From a virus (taxonomy: Duplodnaviria > Caudoviricetes), in IMG/VR virus record IMGVR_UViG_3300037483_000703, positions 1-38,579 of that record: DNA of 38,579 bases, one strand, 5' to 3'. The position numbers and the translations under genes were made by a program. The notes under the pieces were generated by a model. The model did no database searches. It was given only the letters and a program-made list of their open reading frames with translations, and was not told where the DNA came from. Below are positions 17,798-26,307 of the stretch, piece by piece (within the stretch, counting starts at the first letter, position 1; each line of letters opens with the position of its first letter).

Positions 17798-18937
17798 TTA
17801 GCGGCTCGTCACGTGGCGCACGGCGTCGCTCACGCGGACCTCGATGCCGGCCTTGGCTTGCTCCTGCTGGTAGCGCTGAGCGGCCTCGGCGATGGCGCCG
17901 GGGTTGTCGAGCACCACACCGCCCGCGGCGGCGGAGCGCTCGGCGAAGTCGACCTGCTGGGGCAGCCGACCGAGCCAGCCGCGGAACCACTCGGCCGCCG
18001 GCTTGCTCACGGTCTCGTCGCCCTCGGCGAACTCGACCACCGAGCCGGCCTCGAGCCCGGCCATGAACTCAACGAGCGGCGCCTTGTCGGCCGGCAGCAC
18101 GCGGGCGCCGTCCTTCACGAGGCCCTCGACGAACTCGGCGAGCTCGGCGCGCTGGCGCTTGGCCTCGGCTGCGGTCAGGGTCTGCTCGCGCTCGGAGAAC
18201 TCGGCTTGCTGCTGGGCCACCTCGGCCTGCTTAGCAGCGACTTCCGCCTCGCGTTGCTTGAGTGCCTCTTCACGAGCGGCCAGCTCCTTCACTTCCATGT
18301 CGTCTCCTGAGCCGTCCGGCTCGCTGAAGGTTGGGGAGGGAGGCTCTGCCCGAGCGGCCTCATCTTCGAGCAACCGGACGTCCCACGGCGGAACCGCGCG
18401 GTCGGCCTCGTCTTGGCCGAACTTGCCAAGAAGCCACTCGCGCAGCCCACGCCAGAGCCCGGCCTGAGCGCGGTCGACTGGCATCGAGAACTCGACCACG
18501 CCGTCATCGTCGGCACTGTCGGCAAAGGTCACGTCGCGCAGCCCCTTCACAGAGGGAGCGGCGCCGCCCAGGAACCCGACATGGCGGAGGTAGTAGACCC
18601 CGGGCTTCGGGTTCGTTGCCGCGCCGGGCATGTAGAAGGACGCGGACACCTTCTTGTAGCGACCCGCACGCACGGCCTCGACGAACTCGGCGTCCACCTG
18701 ATGCGCATGCGCGCTCAGGCGGTCTGCGTCATGCTCGAGCTTGCGCACCCACCCGAACGCCGGAGCGTTCGTCCGCGGGTGGCCCACTACTATAGGAGCC
18801 TCGGACAGGCTCGGGTCATAGGCGTCGGCTGCCGCCGCCAAGTCCGACTCGGAGAAGTCGAGCACCGGGCCGTTGCCGGCCCGGTGACGACCTGTCCGGA
18901 AGATCTCGATAGCGGCTGTGGCAGGTCCGACGCTCAT
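17798..18937 (-). CDS. Prohead protease/scaffold (Mu gpI/gpZ-like)
   Basis: IEIFRTG..APIVVGHP..PAFGWV..YKKVSASFY..YLRHVGFLG; coiled-coil C-terminus; likely internal scaffold start at 18298 (AGGAG RBS). Confidence 0.9.
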   Translation of the reverse strand: MSVGPATAAIEIFRTGRHRAGNGPVLDFSESDLAAAADAYDPSLSEAPIVVGHPRTNAPAFGWVRKLEHDADRLSAHAHQVDAEFVEAVRAGRYKKVSASFYMPGAATNPKPGVYYLRHVGFLGGAAPSVKGLRDVTFADSADDDGVVEFSMPVDRAQAGLWRGLREWLLGKFGQDEADRAVPPWDVRLLEDEAARAEPPSPTFSEPDGSGDDMEVKELAAREEALKQREAEVAAKQAEVAQQQAEFSEREQTLTAAEAKRQRAELAEFVEGLVKDGARVLPADKAPLVEFMAGLEAGSVVEFAEGDETVSKPAAEWFRGWLGRLPQQVDFAERSAAAGGVVLDNPGAIAEAAQRYQQEQAKAGIEVRVSDAVRHVTSR

Positions 18938-18946
18938 TGCCCGGCC

Positions 18947-18995
18947 AAAATGCCAGGTCTCGAGCTACGCGGTCAGACTGAAAGGTTTCAGGGGG
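18947..18995 (-). promoter_or_regulatory. Late promoter with a Mor/C-type activator site, upstream of the protease operon
   Basis: CGGTCAGACTGAAAGGTTTCAGGGGG (18970-18995) matches 26823-26848 at 24/26 and contains the dyad CTGAA-N4-TTCAG; -10-like CATTTT at 18952-18947. Confidence 0.7.
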
Positions 18996-19241
18996 GCCGA
19001 CCAGGGCGGTCGAGGAGCTGCGAACGAGACGACTGTACTCGATCCAGCCTGGGTTGGGTAGCCGGATCCGGCTGCTTTCCGTTTCAGGGGGGGCAGGGCC
19101 GTCCAAGACCCGGCGCCTGACCCATTGAAAGGGTATTGAAAAACGACGCTCGCCGGCTTCGAGTACCCTGGTGGCCAACCGGCCCTGAAAACGGCTGAGA
19201 ACGACTCCTGGACGCTAAATCCGGAGGCATGCATCGGCGGC

Positions 19242-19814
19242 CTACTGGCGAGGCTTCAGCGCCCGCTCGAGGTGCTCGTGCACAAGCATGAGGATCTCAC
19301 GGACATCGGCCGAGCTCAGGCCGAGGTACGGCCGGGCCGGGATCTTGAGCTCGCGCGCACCGATGCTGGCGAACGCCACGCGGATGGACTTCGCCTTGCT
19401 GCGCCGGGCCGCGCTGCGGCTCATCAGGCGCCCGCCACGCTTGAACGCCATCACCTGCGTGCGCGCCTTCTGCTTCACCTTGCCGCCGAGCTGATGGATG
19501 GCGGCATAGATGACGTTGGTGCCAACCTCCACGCCGTCTCGAGCTGCCTTGTAGACGATGCTCCGCCGGAGCCGCCTCCGCTCGGTGAGGATCTTGTTGC
19601 CCCGCTTGCGCTTCTTGGTACGTGCCGAGAGCGGCTTCCAGCGTTTGCCGTCCGGGTCCACCTGGGCGGCGAAGCGTCCCTCGACAGAGCGCAGCAGGGC
19701 CTCGCCGATGTCCTTGAACACCGGGCTCAGATTGTCGACCTGGCGGCCGAGGTTGCGGAAGGCGGTCTTCACCCCCCGGTCATCCCACCTCACCCGGATG
19801 TTGACGCCTGCCAT
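19242..19814 (-). CDS. Virion morphogenesis protein (Mu gp31/gpG)
   Basis: RFAAQVDPDGKRWKPLS..VGTNVIYAAIHQLGG..IPARPYLGLS. Confidence 0.93.
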   Translation of the reverse strand: MAGVNIRVRWDDRGVKTAFRNLGRQVDNLSPVFKDIGEALLRSVEGRFAAQVDPDGKRWKPLSARTKKRKRGNKILTERRRLRRSIVYKAARDGVEVGTNVIYAAIHQLGGKVKQKARTQVMAFKRGGRLMSRSAARRSKAKSIRVAFASIGARELKIPARPYLGLSSADVREILMLVHEHLERALKPRQ

Positions 19815-19919
19815 GCTCGGTCCCTACAATATGTCTAACTTCGGGGGCTGGCTGGGCCGCGATCCCAATAGCCAGTTACTCCGGGTCCACGTGAATCGCG
19901 GTCGCGTGAGATCCTATCG

Positions 19920-21152
19920 CTAGCGGCCAAACAGCAGCTTACCTTGCCGCTGTCCCTTGAAGTAGGCCAGCCTAGATGGGTAGGCAGTCCAGGCCTCTAA
20001 TTGGCCGCGCACCGCCTGAACGATCACGATCATGCCTTTGGAGCCGCTGCCGAGCTCCTGGTAACCCTTGATGTACCGATAGCGCAGCGCCACCTGACCG
20101 CTCTTCCGGTGCCGCTCGAACGATAGCCAGACCTCATATGGCCTCTCGATCACGTCCTGCATTACGGGCAGAAAGCGCGCTCGGTCGAGCTGGTGAAAGT
20201 GCCGCGCGAACGACTCCGCGCTGACATGCACCTCATGCCTGAGCTTGCCGCCGGAGAAGGTATAGGTCCGCTCCTTTCCGCCCAGGATCTGCTCCAGCAC
20301 CGGCCGTAACTGCGCCCGCGACTCGGCCCGGGTAGGCGTGAAGGCCGGAGCCCGCTCGAGCGGAAATTTCACGGGGCGCCCCTCCGACTGCCAATCTCCG
20401 GATGTAAGCCGCTCCCAACCAGCGCCTTCGTCGGCCCGCCAGGCCGACATCACCTGATCGGCCTGAGGGCCACCCCACGCCGCCTCGCCCGGGTTGTAGG
20501 CCCACCCAGCATCGATGCCGTTGGGCACCACCCGCTTGTTGTCGGGGTCCTTCCTGTCCTGCCACACGTAAGTACCGTCGTCGGGCGGCGTGTCTGGCCC
20601 CGACTTGCCCAGCGCCTTCAGGTCTCGCTCACCGAGCGAGAAGACGGTGCATGTTCACCCCCAGCCGTTAGGCGGGTAGTGCTCGCGCCACCACGGGTGA
20701 TCGGCCAGCAGCACGCGGCCGTTCCATGAGAGGTGCAGCTCACGAGGATGGATGCTATCGCCGTGCACGTACTGGAGGTAAGGGCGCACCGCGAGCAACT
20801 CGGGATCCGTCTGCTGCTTGTACCGGCCGCTCTGGTAGGCGGTGCGTATGTTGGTGTCGTAGATGACGCGACTGCGCCAGTCCCGCCCGCCCTTGTAGCT
20901 CCACCCGTGCTTCGCGACGATGGCGTCGAAGTCGCGGCGGAAGTCTGCGATCGTGATGCCGTCGGCGATAGCGCGGTCGACAGCCGTCCGGAAGTCGGCG
21001 AGCAACTCGTCCTTCGTCGCCCCAGCCACGACGAAAGCCCGCGCGTGCATCCCCTCCCACAGGTCGGTCCAGCGCTCCGTGGGCAAGTTGACCTTGCCAC
21101 GGAAGTACTCAATCGCTTCGTCGAACGGCAGGGAGATGGGGGCGGCGGGCAT
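19920..21152 (-). CDS. MuF/gp30 minor head protein, 410 aa, with an in-frame UGA (putative Sec166) and a C-terminal PBECR2-like nuclease domain
   Basis: Track ORFs 20655..21152 and 19920..20567 are in the same frame and separated by a single TGA (20657-20655) in YPPNGWG*TC. GIDAGWAYNPG continues the MuF domain after it. Confidence 0.85.
20613..20646 (-). promoter_or_regulatory. Bacterial SECIS-like hairpin
   Basis: After UGA: CGUCUUC-UCGCUC-GGU-GAGCGA-GACCU-GAAGGCG; the G-initial loop begins 21 nt after the UGA. Confidence 0.7.
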
Positions 21153-21154
21153 CG

Positions 21155-22696
21155 CTAGTCGCCCTGGCTCTCGTCGACCACCTCAGCCCGGCCGGCGAGC
21201 TCGGCCGCGACAAACGCGCGCTGCATCAAGTTGCCGAGCTGCGCCGGGTCCATCGCCCCGTACAGCTCGAGCAGGCCGTCGCGCACTTCCTCCATGCTCG
21301 CCGCCTTGGCGACGAGCTCACGCACCTGGTCGACCATGCCGTCGAGCACCGTGCCGGCGGCGTCGCTGAGCTTTGCCGTGAGGCGCTCCGGCGCATCGCT
21401 AGGCTGCCGCTCCGCGAACTGCGCTGCAGCCGGTTGTATGCCCGGCGGTGTCGCACCCGGCACCGCTGGCGCCTCGGGAGCAGCCTGTTGCTGTACCGGC
21501 TCCCACTCGCCGCCGTAGGTCTCCTGCAGGTGCGCGAGCGGCCGGCGGTAGCCGGTCTCGTACACGAGCTTGTCGCGCTCGGCCTCGGACTTCAGGTCGG
21601 GTTCATCCTCGATCTTGCGCCACACCTGAGGCACGGCTGCCCCGGGGAAGTTCCACTCGGTCAACCAACGCACCGGGCCCTCGGTGAAGCTGCGGCAGAC
21701 GAGGTCGGCGTCGGACTTCACCACGTCCTGCCGCACGTCCATGTGCACATCGGCCTGTGACTTGGACGACCCGTCGTCGGTGGTCATCGTCTGCGACAGC
21801 ACGATCTTCGAGATCTCGGCGTCGATGTACTTGAGGAACGTGCGCTGATCGATATTGCCCGACCGCTGCGCCTCGAGCAGCCGCACGATCATGCCCTGCG
21901 GGATGATGATCCCGGCGTCGGTCTGGATGGCCTGCAGGGCGGCGAGCAGCCGGTCCTTCTCCGGGTCGGTCGCATTCGCCGGATACTCGCCGACCGCGGT
22001 GGGTGTGCCGAACTTCTCGAGGAAGATGAGCCAGAACTTGAGCCCGTTGCGTTTGAAGAACACCGGCCAGTACAGCCAGTGCGCGAGGCCCCGGCCGTAG
22101 GGCTCGTCGTCGTTGTCGGCGCCGGTGCAGAAGACCCAGAACTTGCGATCCGGGAGCGCTTCACCTTGCGGGTTGGCTGTCGTCAGCAGTCGCAGACTCT
22201 CGTCTCCAGCGAACTTGAAACGGCGCCGGTTGCGCACCTTCACCTTGTCGAGCACGACCTGGGCGCCGTCGCGCGCCCACAGGCACTCGGCGACCGCGTA
22301 TCCGTAGAAGATGCCGTAGAGCATCTTGTTGGTGACCGCGTCCCAAGCGATGCTGCCGAGCATCTCGCGAATCGCGTCGGCTGCCTTCTGGTCGAGGCGC
22401 TTCTTGCCGCCCGGCTCGACCATCCACTCGCGCGCGACGACTGCGCCTCTCCTCTGTTGGAAGGTCGAGTGCACCTGGCCGTCGCGCAGGATCTCCTCGT
22501 ACACGCGCAGGTCACCGCCGCCGCGCCCCATCAGCACCGTGTCTTGCGGCTGCAGCAGCTCGAGCGGGCTGACGAAGCCGCGTGTGATGTCGCGGCCGTC
22601 GCGAGTCGTAGCCACCTCGTTCATGTCGGGCGCGGCCTCGGCGAACGACACGGACTCAGGAACGAGCAGGCCAGCAGGTGTCGAGCGCATGCGCAT
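21155..22696 (-). CDS. Portal protein (Mu gp29, DUF935-like)
   Basis: D.QVHS..QQRR..YGYAVAE..PYGRGL..FLEKFGTP..SKIVLSQT; start trimmed to follow the terminase stop. Confidence 0.93.
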   Translation of the reverse strand: MRMRSTPAGLLVPESVSFAEAAPDMNEVATTRDGRDITRGFVSPLELLQPQDTVLMGRGGGDLRVYEEILRDGQVHSTFQQRRGAVVAREWMVEPGGKKRLDQKAADAIREMLGSIAWDAVTNKMLYGIFYGYAVAECLWARDGAQVVLDKVKVRNRRRFKFAGDESLRLLTTANPQGEALPDRKFWVFCTGADNDDEPYGRGLAHWLYWPVFFKRNGLKFWLIFLEKFGTPTAVGEYPANATDPEKDRLLAALQAIQTDAGIIIPQGMIVRLLEAQRSGNIDQRTFLKYIDAEISKIVLSQTMTTDDGSSKSQADVHMDVRQDVVKSDADLVCRSFTEGPVRWLTEWNFPGAAVPQVWRKIEDEPDLKSEAERDKLVYETGYRRPLAHLQETYGGEWEPVQQQAAPEAPAVPGATPPGIQPAAAQFAERQPSDAPERLTAKLSDAAGTVLDGMVDQVRELVAKAASMEEVRDGLLELYGAMDPAQLGNLMQRAFVAAELAGRAEVVDESQGD

Positions 22697-22697
22697 G

Positions 22698-24068
22698 TCA
22701 GAACCCTCGAAAGTCGTTGCCACCCGAGATGGAACCGAAGCCGCGGTCGGGCAGCACAGCGGCGCTGCCACCCAGAGCATCCGCCGCGCGCCCCGCGCCA
22801 AGCGCCTGGAAATCGATCGACACCGCAGGATCCTTTGCCGCGTACGTGGCGAGGAAGCCGGCCCATGCTCTATCGGCGTGCCCTTGTGAGTCGGACTCGG
22901 CGACGAACCGCGGCGCGCCGGTGGGGCTCGTGACCTTCTTGAGCTTGTGCAAGTCGGCGCGCAGCCGCACGTCGCCCATGGGGATGCGAATCTTGCGGTC
23001 CTCGAACGCTTCCTTGCCGACCGTGGCGAGCAGCTGCTTGCTCGCCCCGTTGAAGAGCACGCCCTCGACGCGGTGCTCACCATACCGCCGCTTGGCATCC
23101 TCCACCGGCTTCTCACCCATGCCGGTCTGATCCATGGCGAGCCTCGCCACCTTGTAGCGCGCGAACAGCTCGTCCATGGTGGCATCCTGGGTGGCGAAGC
23201 TCGCGCCCTTGAGCACGCGGATCTCACGCGTCCAGAGGACGTCGCCGACGAGCTCGAGCACCCAGGCCACCCACAGGTCGCCGCGGATGGCGATGTCGTT
23301 GCCGATGAAGACGAGGCCGCCCTGGTAGAGCTCGGGCTGTCCGGCCGCCTCGTGCTCCACCGAGCTGATGAGGTCGTACGGCAGCCAGGCCGAGGCCTCG
23401 TCGAGCCACTTGAGCTCGTACTCCTGGGCCCAGGCGTCGTCGTCGGCGATGCCACGCCGGAGCTCGTCGATGTCACGGTCCAGGCCGTCACCGACAGCCT
23501 GGTAGATGTCGGTCGTGTGCCGGCTCCAGACGGGATCACCACCTGTCATTAGGTCATAAAACTTGTTGCCCTTGCCGTTCGGTGTCGACACGACTCTGAG
23601 CTTGAGGCCGCGCTTCGAGATGACCGGGAAGAGCGCTTGCCAGATCTTGCGGCTGTCGGCGTGGAACGCGAACTCGTCGAGCAGCACGTTGGCGCTGAAC
23701 CCACGCGCGGTGTCTGGGTTCGCCGGCAAAGCCGTGATGCGGGAGCCGTGCGGCAGGACGATCTCCACTGCCTTGATGTTCGGGTCCCAGTCGTACTCGA
23801 GGTACTTGAACGCCAGGCTGTACGCCTTCAGGTGGAGCTTCACACCCTCTTCCATCGCCTCGCGCGCCTGGCGCTCGCCACGCGAGAGAATGACCCAGCG
23901 CCGGCGCGAGCCGATGGCCTCTGCATCGAGGCAGTCGTCAACGAGCTCCGAGGTGCAGGTGAACGTCTTCCCGCACTGGCGGGACATCATCCAGATCTTG
24001 AACCGGGCGTGGTCGTTCTTCCACCGCCGCTGGTACGGGTAGAAGTTGATGACCGGCGCGTTGCTCAT
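22698..24068 (-). CDS. Terminase large subunit (Mu gp28)
   Basis: SRQCGKT Walker A, LLDEFAF Walker B, STPNG, DQTGMG, HADRAWA. Confidence 0.95.
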   Translation of the reverse strand: MSNAPVINFYPYQRRWKNDHARFKIWMMSRQCGKTFTCTSELVDDCLDAEAIGSRRRWVILSRGERQAREAMEEGVKLHLKAYSLAFKYLEYDWDPNIKAVEIVLPHGSRITALPANPDTARGFSANVLLDEFAFHADSRKIWQALFPVISKRGLKLRVVSTPNGKGNKFYDLMTGGDPVWSRHTTDIYQAVGDGLDRDIDELRRGIADDDAWAQEYELKWLDEASAWLPYDLISSVEHEAAGQPELYQGGLVFIGNDIAIRGDLWVAWVLELVGDVLWTREIRVLKGASFATQDATMDELFARYKVARLAMDQTGMGEKPVEDAKRRYGEHRVEGVLFNGASKQLLATVGKEAFEDRKIRIPMGDVRLRADLHKLKKVTSPTGAPRFVAESDSQGHADRAWAGFLATYAAKDPAVSIDFQALGAGRAADALGGSAAVLPDRGFGSISGGNDFRGF

Positions 24069-24601
24069 TCCTCACCGAAGAGCTGGCGGCGCACCTCTTT
24101 CAGGGTCTCCGGATCGAGCTTGGTCTTGCCGGCGCTGGCGTCCGTCTCGAGTGCAGACAGCTTCTGCTGCATCTTGTCGCGGTACTCGGTGCCCCAGCGC
24201 TTCTGCATGACGCTCGCCCGCGACAGGTCGGCCATCGCCCTGGCCAATGAGCTGAGCGTCTTCGGGTCGATCTCCTCCTCGACCGCGAGCTGGAAGATCT
24301 TCCCCTGCAAGAGCTGCAGGCCCACATCGTTGACGGCGCCCTCGTCGTCACCGAGCTGGCCGCGTACGCTACGGGCGAAGTGCGTCACCTCGCGAAGGAC
24401 TTCGACCTTCTCCTTCCAGTTCTTGGCGAAGCGAAAGAGGCCCGTCTTGGAAACGCGCACCTCGATGCCGTGTTCCTCTGCCCAGGTGTTGAACTCGTCG
24501 GTGATCTCGACGAAGCGCGAGAAGTTCGTCTCCTCGAGCTTGGCCTTGAGCCAGTCCCTGGCCTCGGCCGGCATCTGGTCGATGATGCTGCGCGCCGGCA
24601 T
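24065..24601 (-). CDS. Putative terminase small subunit (Mu gp27, DUF3486-like)
   Basis: RSIIDQMP..WL..VSKTGLFR; directly upstream of TerL. Confidence 0.85.
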   Translation of the reverse strand: MPARSIIDQMPAEARDWLKAKLEETNFSRFVEITDEFNTWAEEHGIEVRVSKTGLFRFAKNWKEKVEVLREVTHFARSVRGQLGDDEGAVNDVGLQLLQGKIFQLAVEEEIDPKTLSSLARAMADLSRASVMQKRWGTEYRDKMQQKLSALETDASAGKTKLDPETLKEVRRQLFGEE

Positions 24602-24602
24602 C

Positions 24603-24914
24603 TCACCACCTCGGCGGACGGGCGATCCCTGGGAACACGTCGACGGTGTACTCGACCAAGTCCACGCCATAGTGGGTCAGCTCGGCCGTCCAGGTCGGCG
24701 TTTGCTCGCCATGCACGGTAACGAGCTTACGGTCGCGGAGATAGTCGAGCTCGCGACGCAGCTCGGTCTGCGTGAGTGCGACTTCGGCGTCGTTCAGAGC
24801 GAGCAGGATCAACTGCTCGTTGACCCGCCCCGGCCGCCCCGCATCGAGTACCTTCAGGATGCGCCAGCGCGCGACTTCACGCTTGGCCTTCTCGAGCACG
24901 TCGAGATTGCTCAT
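24603..24914 (-). CDS. Mu gp26-like winged-helix protein
   Basis: RWRILKVL..LRRELDYL..LTHYGVDLVE..PGIARP. Confidence 0.82.
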   Translation of the reverse strand: MSNLDVLEKAKREVARWRILKVLDAGRPGRVNEQLILLALNDAEVALTQTELRRELDYLRDRKLVTVHGEQTPTWTAELTHYGVDLVEYTVDVFPGIARPPRW

Positions 24915-25233
24915 AGACTCTCTCCGTCAGCCTGGACAGCGCCTCACGCAGCGCGTCCAGCTTCGCGTCGATGACGGACCCGAAGCGGATCCAGTCCTCT
25001 CTCTGCACGTACTTCTCCGGAAGCTCGGCGCGCAGGCGCAGCACGTCGCGCTCGAGCTCGCTGTGCGCGCGCTCCACCTTAGTCGCGTAGTCGCGATGTT
25101 CCTTCTCGACCTTGGCCACGCGTCCATCGATCTCGCGCAGGTAGCGGTCGAGCATCACCTTGAGAGCCCACAGGAAGATGCCGCTCCACACCACGATCAT
25201 GCCGACCATCACGCCGGCGATAGCCCAGCTCAC
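24877..25233 (-). CDS. Membrane-anchored coiled-coil protein (gp25 position)
   Basis: GTG start; N-terminal TM helix; LPEKYVQREDWIR..KLD. Confidence 0.78.
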   Translation of the reverse strand: MSWAIAGVMVGMIVVWSGIFLWALKVMLDRYLREIDGRVAKVEKEHRDYATKVERAHSELERDVLRLRAELPEKYVQREDWIRFGSVIDAKLDALREALSRLTERVYEQSRRAREGQA

Positions 25234-25448
25234 CGCCGCCCCCTCTCGCGCTGCGTCTGACAGCGCCAGCAACGCACTGCCGCCGGTGCCCGTTCCAGGC
25301 GTGCCGCCGGGATCGGCTCTTCGCAGTCGAGACACACGCGCCGCCCGTCGACATAGAGCCCGGGCTCCACCGGGCGCGAACGCGCCTGGTGCAGGGCGCG
25401 CTTGCGGTCCGCCTCCTCTACCTCGAGGGCTCGATCGCCCAAGTCCAT
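25230..25448 (-). CDS. TraR/DksA C4-type zinc-finger protein
   Basis: MDLGDRA..CLDCEEPIPAARL..RCWRCQ. Confidence 0.9.
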   Translation of the reverse strand: MDLGDRALEVEEADRKRALHQARSRPVEPGLYVDGRRVCLDCEEPIPAARLERAPAAVRCWRCQTQRERGRR

Positions 25449-25690
25449 CACCACTCCAGCCGCAGCCCACCGGCTGCTCCGTATTGCATCCGCCATCCGC
25501 TCGCGCGGTCGGCGCCCGCCCAGCCAGTGCCGTAGGCTGATACCGCAGGCGTCAGCCGGTGGACGTACTCCAGTCCGGCCCCCGCCGAGCTGGGCAGCAG
25601 GTAGGCCGACAGGTCGAGTCGGCCACTGCCGGGCTGTAGCCTGCCGGCGCCGTCTAGCCCTGCTGCTACGACGCCGGCGACTGAGGGCCC
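25448..25690 (-). CDS. Start-less -1 frame extension of the lysis membrane protein (amphipathic beta-strands, ends GGLRLEW)
   Basis: Fills the gap to the TraR gene (TGATG coupling) and has no credible start; slippery G GGC CCT at 25690-25684 followed by a pseudoknot. Confidence 0.6.
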   Translation of the reverse strand, partial: GPSVAGVVAAGLDGAGRLQPGSGRLDLSAYLLPSSAGAGLEYVHRLTPAVSAYGTGWAGADRASGWRMQYGAAGGLRLEW

Positions 25691-26307
25691 GCGGACGTCG
25701 TGACCGAGCTCGCGGCGGCCGCACTCATAAACAGCGGCAGATGGGCCGAAGCGACGAGCGCCTTCGCGGACGGGATCTGCTCTTCGATCTTCGCGTCCAG
25801 GAGGTTCTGCGCATCCATGCCGGTCAGGCCGGCTGCCCGCAGGCGGCCGAGGGTCTGGGCGAGCAGCTCGTTCAACATCGTCTGCTTGAGCTTGGCGAGC
25901 GTAGCTTGGTACTCGTGCTTCGTGATCGTGCCGTCCGCGAGAGCAGCCTTGAGGTCCGCCACCGTCGTCGCCTGCGCCTTCGTGACGAATGCGCGCACGA
26001 GGTCCGACGCGTAGATCAGCGCGGACTGGAGGAGCTGGTTGTCCGTCGCGGCCTGCACCCACTGCGGTGCTTTGAGCTTCCATATCGCGAGCACGACCAC
26101 CAGCACTGCGCCGGCGAGCTCGAGGAGCTGCGGCCCGACTTGCTGCCAGAAGAGCACCCCGAGCGATGGGGCAGCATCGGCGGCGCCCGTGGCTGCGTCG
26201 GCGGCGAGCCCCACCGCGGGCATGATGAAGATGAGCGAGGCGAGCACCGCGAAGCACGCGATGCCGACGCCACAGATGGAGCGGACGTGTCGGCGAACCC
26301 AGTTCAT
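25666..26307 (-). CDS. Lysis-cassette membrane protein (holin- or spanin-like)
   Basis: Two N-terminal hydrophobic segments and a helical C-terminus; coupled to the endolysin gene. Confidence 0.7.
   Translation of the reverse strand: MNWVRRHVRSICGVGIACFAVLASLIFIMPAVGLAADAATGAADAAPSLGVLFWQQVGPQLLELAGAVLVVVLAIWKLKAPQWVQAATDNQLLQSALIYASDLVRAFVTKAQATTVADLKAALADGTITKHEYQATLAKLKQTMLNELLAQTLGRLRAAGLTGMDAQNLLDAKIEEQIPSAKALVASAHLPLFMSAAAASSVTTSAGPQSPAS

Noticed and set aside
18996-19241. Anti-CRISPR locus at the gpG-protease junction, as in Pseudomonas Mu-like phages
   Set aside because: No credible ORF or aca-like gene; the track ORFs here lack an RBS and overlap the promoter.
19920-21152. gp30 as a pseudogene or as two separate genes
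   Set aside because: A single in-frame TGA at a conserved Cys, an adjacent SECIS-like hairpin and no other decay in the phage favour recoding. A nonsense mutation is not fully excluded.
22697-23542. 795-aa portal ORF
   Set aside because: The first ~280 aa overlap the terminase gene out of frame; portal-like sequence starts near 22696.
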